Below are positions 61,138 through 64,000 of a DNA stretch of 64,000 nucleotides, one piece after another. Made by a program: the position numbers and the translations under genes. The DNA lies in assembly GCA_965215605.1 (NCBI GenBank), contig OZ244070.1, forward strand, positions 1,248,001 to 1,312,000, given 5' to 3'. Under the pieces are notes generated by a model. The model did not search any database. It was not told where the DNA came from and worked only from the letters and a program-made list of their open reading frames with translations. The stretch comes from an uncultured Candidatus Binatia bacterium. GTDB lineage: Bacteria > Desulfobacterota > Binatia > UBA9968 > JAJDTQ01. Positions within the stretch are counted from its first letter, which is position 1; each line of letters starts with the position of its first letter.

Positions 61138-61573
61138 GCGACAGGATTTCTACCCGGCCTCCCGCGGCCTCGATCTTCTCCACGGCGCTGCGGGAAAAGC
61201 CATGGGCCTTCACCGTCAGCGGCCTGGACAACTCTCCGCGGCCCAGGATCTTCACCAAGCCCTTGCCCGCCAATCCCGCGGCCCGCAACGATTCGGGCGA
61301 AACCTCCTGACCCGCGTCGAACCTGTCGAGCCCGTCGAGGTTGACGGGGGTGTAGCTGGTCCTGAAAGGGTTGTGGAAACCGCGCTTGGGCACGCGCCTC
61401 GTGAGCGGCATCTGGCCGCCCTCGAAACCCGGCCTGACGCCGCCGCCGGAGCGCGAGCCCTGGCCCTTGTGTCCGCGGCCGGCGGTCTTGCCCGTGCCGG
61501 AGCCCATGCCCCTGCCCACGCGCTTCCTGGCGCGCCGGGTGCCCTTCGCGGGCCGTAGCTCACGCAGATCCAT
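61130..61573 (-). CDS. rplO: 50S ribosomal protein L15
   Basis: RVGRG.GSG.GKT and GFEGGQMPL motifs. Confidence 0.98.
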
Positions 61574-61610
61574 GAACGGCTCCTTTTGGTGTCCTGTCCC
61601 GACAGGGCAT

Positions 61611-62108
61611 CTACCGAATCTCCGCCAGCGGCTTCCCGCGCAAGTCCGACACCTCTTGAGGCGACTTCAGATTCTTGAGGGCCTCGAAGGTGGCCTTGAC
61701 GAGGTTGTGCGGGTTGTTGGAGCCGATGCACTTGCTCAGGACGTTGGGAATGCCGGCCGCTTCAACCACGGCCCGTACCCCCGCGCCCGCGATCACGCCG
61801 GTGCCGGGCGCGGCGGGCTTCAGCAACACGTGCCCGGCGCCGAAACGTCCCGTGACCTCGTATGGAATGCTGTCATCCACCAGCGGCACCCGCAGCAGCG
61901 TCTTCTTCGCGTGCTCGACTCCCTTGCGGATGGCCTCGGGCACCTCGTTGGCCTTGCCCAGGCCGTATCCCACCACCGAGGCTTCGTCACCCACCACCAC
62001 CAGCGCGTTGAAGCTGAACCTCCGTCCGCCCTTGACCACCTTCGCCACGCGGCTGATGTGGATGACCTTCTCCTTCAACTCCAACCCCTGCGCATCGACT
62101 CGTTCCAA
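61611..62108 (-). CDS. rpsE: 30S ribosomal protein S5
   Basis: [11 protein letters not shown] and PGTGVIAG motifs. Confidence 0.98.
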   Translation of the reverse strand: MERVDAQGLELKEKVIHISRVAKVVKGGRRFSFNALVVVGDEASVVGYGLGKANEVPEAIRKGVEHAKKTLLRVPLVDDSIPYEVTGRFGAGHVLLKPAAPGTGVIAGAGVRAVVEAAGIPNVLSKCIGSNNPHNLVKATFEALKNLKSPQEVSDLRGKPLAEIR

Positions 62109-62121
62109 GACAACCCCCGGA

Positions 62122-62484
62122 TCAAAAAACGAGGCCGGCCTCTCGTGCCGCCTCGGCCAGCGCCTTTACCCGTCCGTGAAAGAGAAACCCGTTCCGGTCG
62201 AACACCACCCGGGAGATCCGCTTCTCCCCGCACCGTTCCGCGATCTGCCGGCCGACCTCCTTGGCCGCGTCGACTCCCTTGCTCTCCTCGGAACCCGCGG
62301 CCGGTTTCGACACCGTCGAAGCGCTCGCCAGGGTGACCCCGCTCTCGTCGGAAATGACCTGCGCGTAGATATGCCTGGAGCTCCGGTACACGCACAGCCG
62401 GGGACACGAGTCGCTTCCCGTGATTAGCTTCCGTACGCTCCGCTGCCGCCGCTTGCGGCTCACGACCTTCTTGCTCGTCAACAT
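62122..62484 (-). CDS. rplR: 50S ribosomal protein L18
   Basis: PRLCVYRS and VFDRNG..FHGRV motifs. Confidence 0.97.
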   Translation of the reverse strand: MLTSKKVVSRKRRQRSVRKLITGSDSCPRLCVYRSSRHIYAQVISDESGVTLASASTVSKPAAGSEESKGVDAAKEVGRQIAERCGEKRISRVVFDRNGFLFHGRVKALAEAAREAGLVF

Positions 62485-62506
62485 GGCCCCACCCGATTCC
62501 GTTGGT

Positions 62507-63055
62507 TCAACCTGCCGCCCCGCCCATGGCCTTGCCGGCCTTCCGCTGGACGAGCTCGCCCTGATACCGGATGCCTTTGCCCTTGTACGGCTCCGGAGGA
62601 CGGAACCGCCGCACCTCGGCCGCCGTCTGGCCCAGCACCTGCTTGTCATGACACTCGAGGGTGATCACGGTCAGCCGTTCCACCGAAGCGGACACGCCGG
62701 CCGGCAGGGGATAGACGATGGGATGCGAGAACCCCAGCGTCAGGTGCAGAGACCCTTCCTTGAACTCGGCCCGGTAGCCGACCCCGTTGATTTCCAGCAC
62801 TTTCCTGAAGCCTTCGCTGACCCCCTCGACCATGTTGGCGAGGAGCTTCCGGGTAAGCCCGTGCAGCGCCCTGACGGTCTTGGTTTCGTCGTTCCGGCGG
62901 ACGTGCAGCCGATCACCGTCCACCTCCACCGTGACGCCCTGCGGCACGCTGTGGGTCAGCGTACCCTTGGGACCCTGCACCTGCACTTCGGCGCCCTGAA
63001 AATCGATCTTGACCGTTCCGGGCACGACAATCGGCAATTTTCCTACACGTGACAC
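62507..63055 (-). CDS. rplF: 50S ribosomal protein L6
   Basis: SRVGK, GVGYRA and PEPYKGKG motifs. Confidence 0.98.
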   Translation of the reverse strand: MSRVGKLPIVVPGTVKIDFQGAEVQVQGPKGTLTHSVPQGVTVEVDGDRLHVRRNDETKTVRALHGLTRKLLANMVEGVSEGFRKVLEINGVGYRAEFKEGSLHLTLGFSHPIVYPLPAGVSASVERLTVITLECHDKQVLGQTAAEVRRFRPPEPYKGKGIRYQGELVQRKAGKAMGGAAG

Positions 63056-63079
63056 GAAGGACTCCTGGTGTGCAGGCCA

Positions 63080-63484
63080 CTAGCTGACGGAACAAAGCAA
63101 CTCGCCGCCGACCTTGGCCTTTACCGCTTCCCGATCCACCACGATCCCCTTCGGCGTGGACAGGATGTGGCTGCCCAGGCCCTTGCGAACCGGATGGATG
63201 TCCTTGTAGCCCAGATACACGCGCCGGCCCGGCCGGCTGACCCGTTTCAACTCGCTCATCACCGGGCGGTGTTCCCGGTCGTACTTGAGGTGGATCCGAA
63301 GGGTATCCTGGACCTGGCCATCCACCGTGACGCGCCGGAACTGTTTCACGTACCCTTCCTCCACCAGCACCTTCACGATGCTCTCCTTGAGACGGGACCA
63401 CGGGACGTCGACGGTCTCGTGTTTCGCCATCCCGCCGTTCCGCATCCGCGTCAGCAAATCCGCAATTGGATCGGTCATGCTCAT
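63080..63484 (-). CDS. rpsH: 30S ribosomal protein S8
   Basis: MTDPIAD.LTR.RN and SRPGRRVY motifs. Confidence 0.98.
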   Translation of the reverse strand: MSMTDPIADLLTRMRNGGMAKHETVDVPWSRLKESIVKVLVEEGYVKQFRRVTVDGQVQDTLRIHLKYDREHRPVMSELKRVSRPGRRVYLGYKDIHPVRKGLGSHILSTPKGIVVDREAVKAKVGGELLCSVS

Positions 63485-63499
63485 TCGAGACTGCGCCTC

Positions 63500-63685
63500 C
63501 TACCAGCTTGCCTTGATGACCCCGGGAATCTCTCCCCGGCGGGCGTAGAGCCGAAGGCAGATCCGGCACATCCGGAAACGGCGATAAAACGCCCTGGCCC
63601 TGCCGCAAAGCGGACAGCGGTTGTACTGACGAACCTTGAACTTCGGCGTTCTCTCCGACTTGATGCGAAGACACTTCTTAGCCAC
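63500..63685 (-). CDS. rpsN: 30S ribosomal protein S14, short Zn-binding type
   Basis: RCPLCGR...CRIC...IPGVIKASW. Confidence 0.97.
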   Translation of the reverse strand: MAKKCLRIKSERTPKFKVRQYNRCPLCGRARAFYRRFRMCRICLRLYARRGEIPGVIKASW

Positions 63686-64000
63686 TTGTAGTACCCCCGT
63701 CGCCGGCGAACGGCAGTCCGAGATGCTTCAGCAAGGCCCTGCCCTCCTCGTCGGTGCGGGCGGTGGTCACGATGGACACCGTCAGGCCGTGTACCCGCTC
63801 CACCGACTCCGGTCTCACTTCCGGGAAGATGCTCTGCTCGCGAATTCCCAACGAGTAATTGCCGCAGCCATCGAAAGACCGCGCCGGGACGCCCTTGAAA
63901 TCCCTCACCTGCGGAAGGGCCACCTGTATCAGGCGATCCAGGAACTCGTACATCCGCTGACGGCGCAGCGTCACCATGCATCCGATGGGATTGCCGCGGC
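63678..64000 (-). CDS. rplE: 50S ribosomal protein L5 (partial; 5' end outside the window)
   Basis: VTLR...YEFLDRL...VRDFKG...FDG.GNY. Confidence 0.95.
   Translation of the reverse strand, partial: RGNPIGCMVTLRRQRMYEFLDRLIQVALPQVRDFKGVPARSFDGCGNYSLGIREQSIFPEVRPESVERVHGLTVSIVTTARTDEEGRALLKHLGLPFAGDGGTTSG

Overview
High-GC bacterial chromosome segment; gene content and order suggest a deltaproteobacterial/Binatia-like lineage (inference only). The window has two halves. The left half (about 1-32.9 kb) is a mosaic accessory region next to a tRNA-fMet. It holds two TadE/F-like pseudopilin genes behind a consensus sigma54 promoter and an adjacent sigma54 two-component pair. It also carries a large glycosylation island: four different GT-C type membrane glycosyltransferases, two GT2 enzymes, a flippase-like protein, a GDP-mannose 3,5-epimerase-like enzyme, an RGP/MtdL-like mutase candidate, a NoeA-like methyltransferase broken by IS630, and a sulfatase-like protein. 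Next come a cluster of Rpn nuclease genes with internal small-protein starts and an orphan C-terminal cassette (one copy broken by IS21), and several intact or decayed toxin-antitoxin modules. The right half (about 33-64 kb) is core genome: coaD, rsmD, peptidoglycan recycling genes, groESL, ffh-rpsP-khpA-rimM-trmD-rplS-rarA, gspD-lptD-folC-trpFCD, and the spc/alpha ribosomal operons, with dispersed GTAG-type REP palindromes. The best candidates for an undescribed system are a putative lipid-linked L-galactofuranose surface glycosylation pathway and an Rpn locus with variable, separately translatable C-terminal cassettes. No CRISPR array or rRNA was seen. All family calls come from motif recognition, not database searches.
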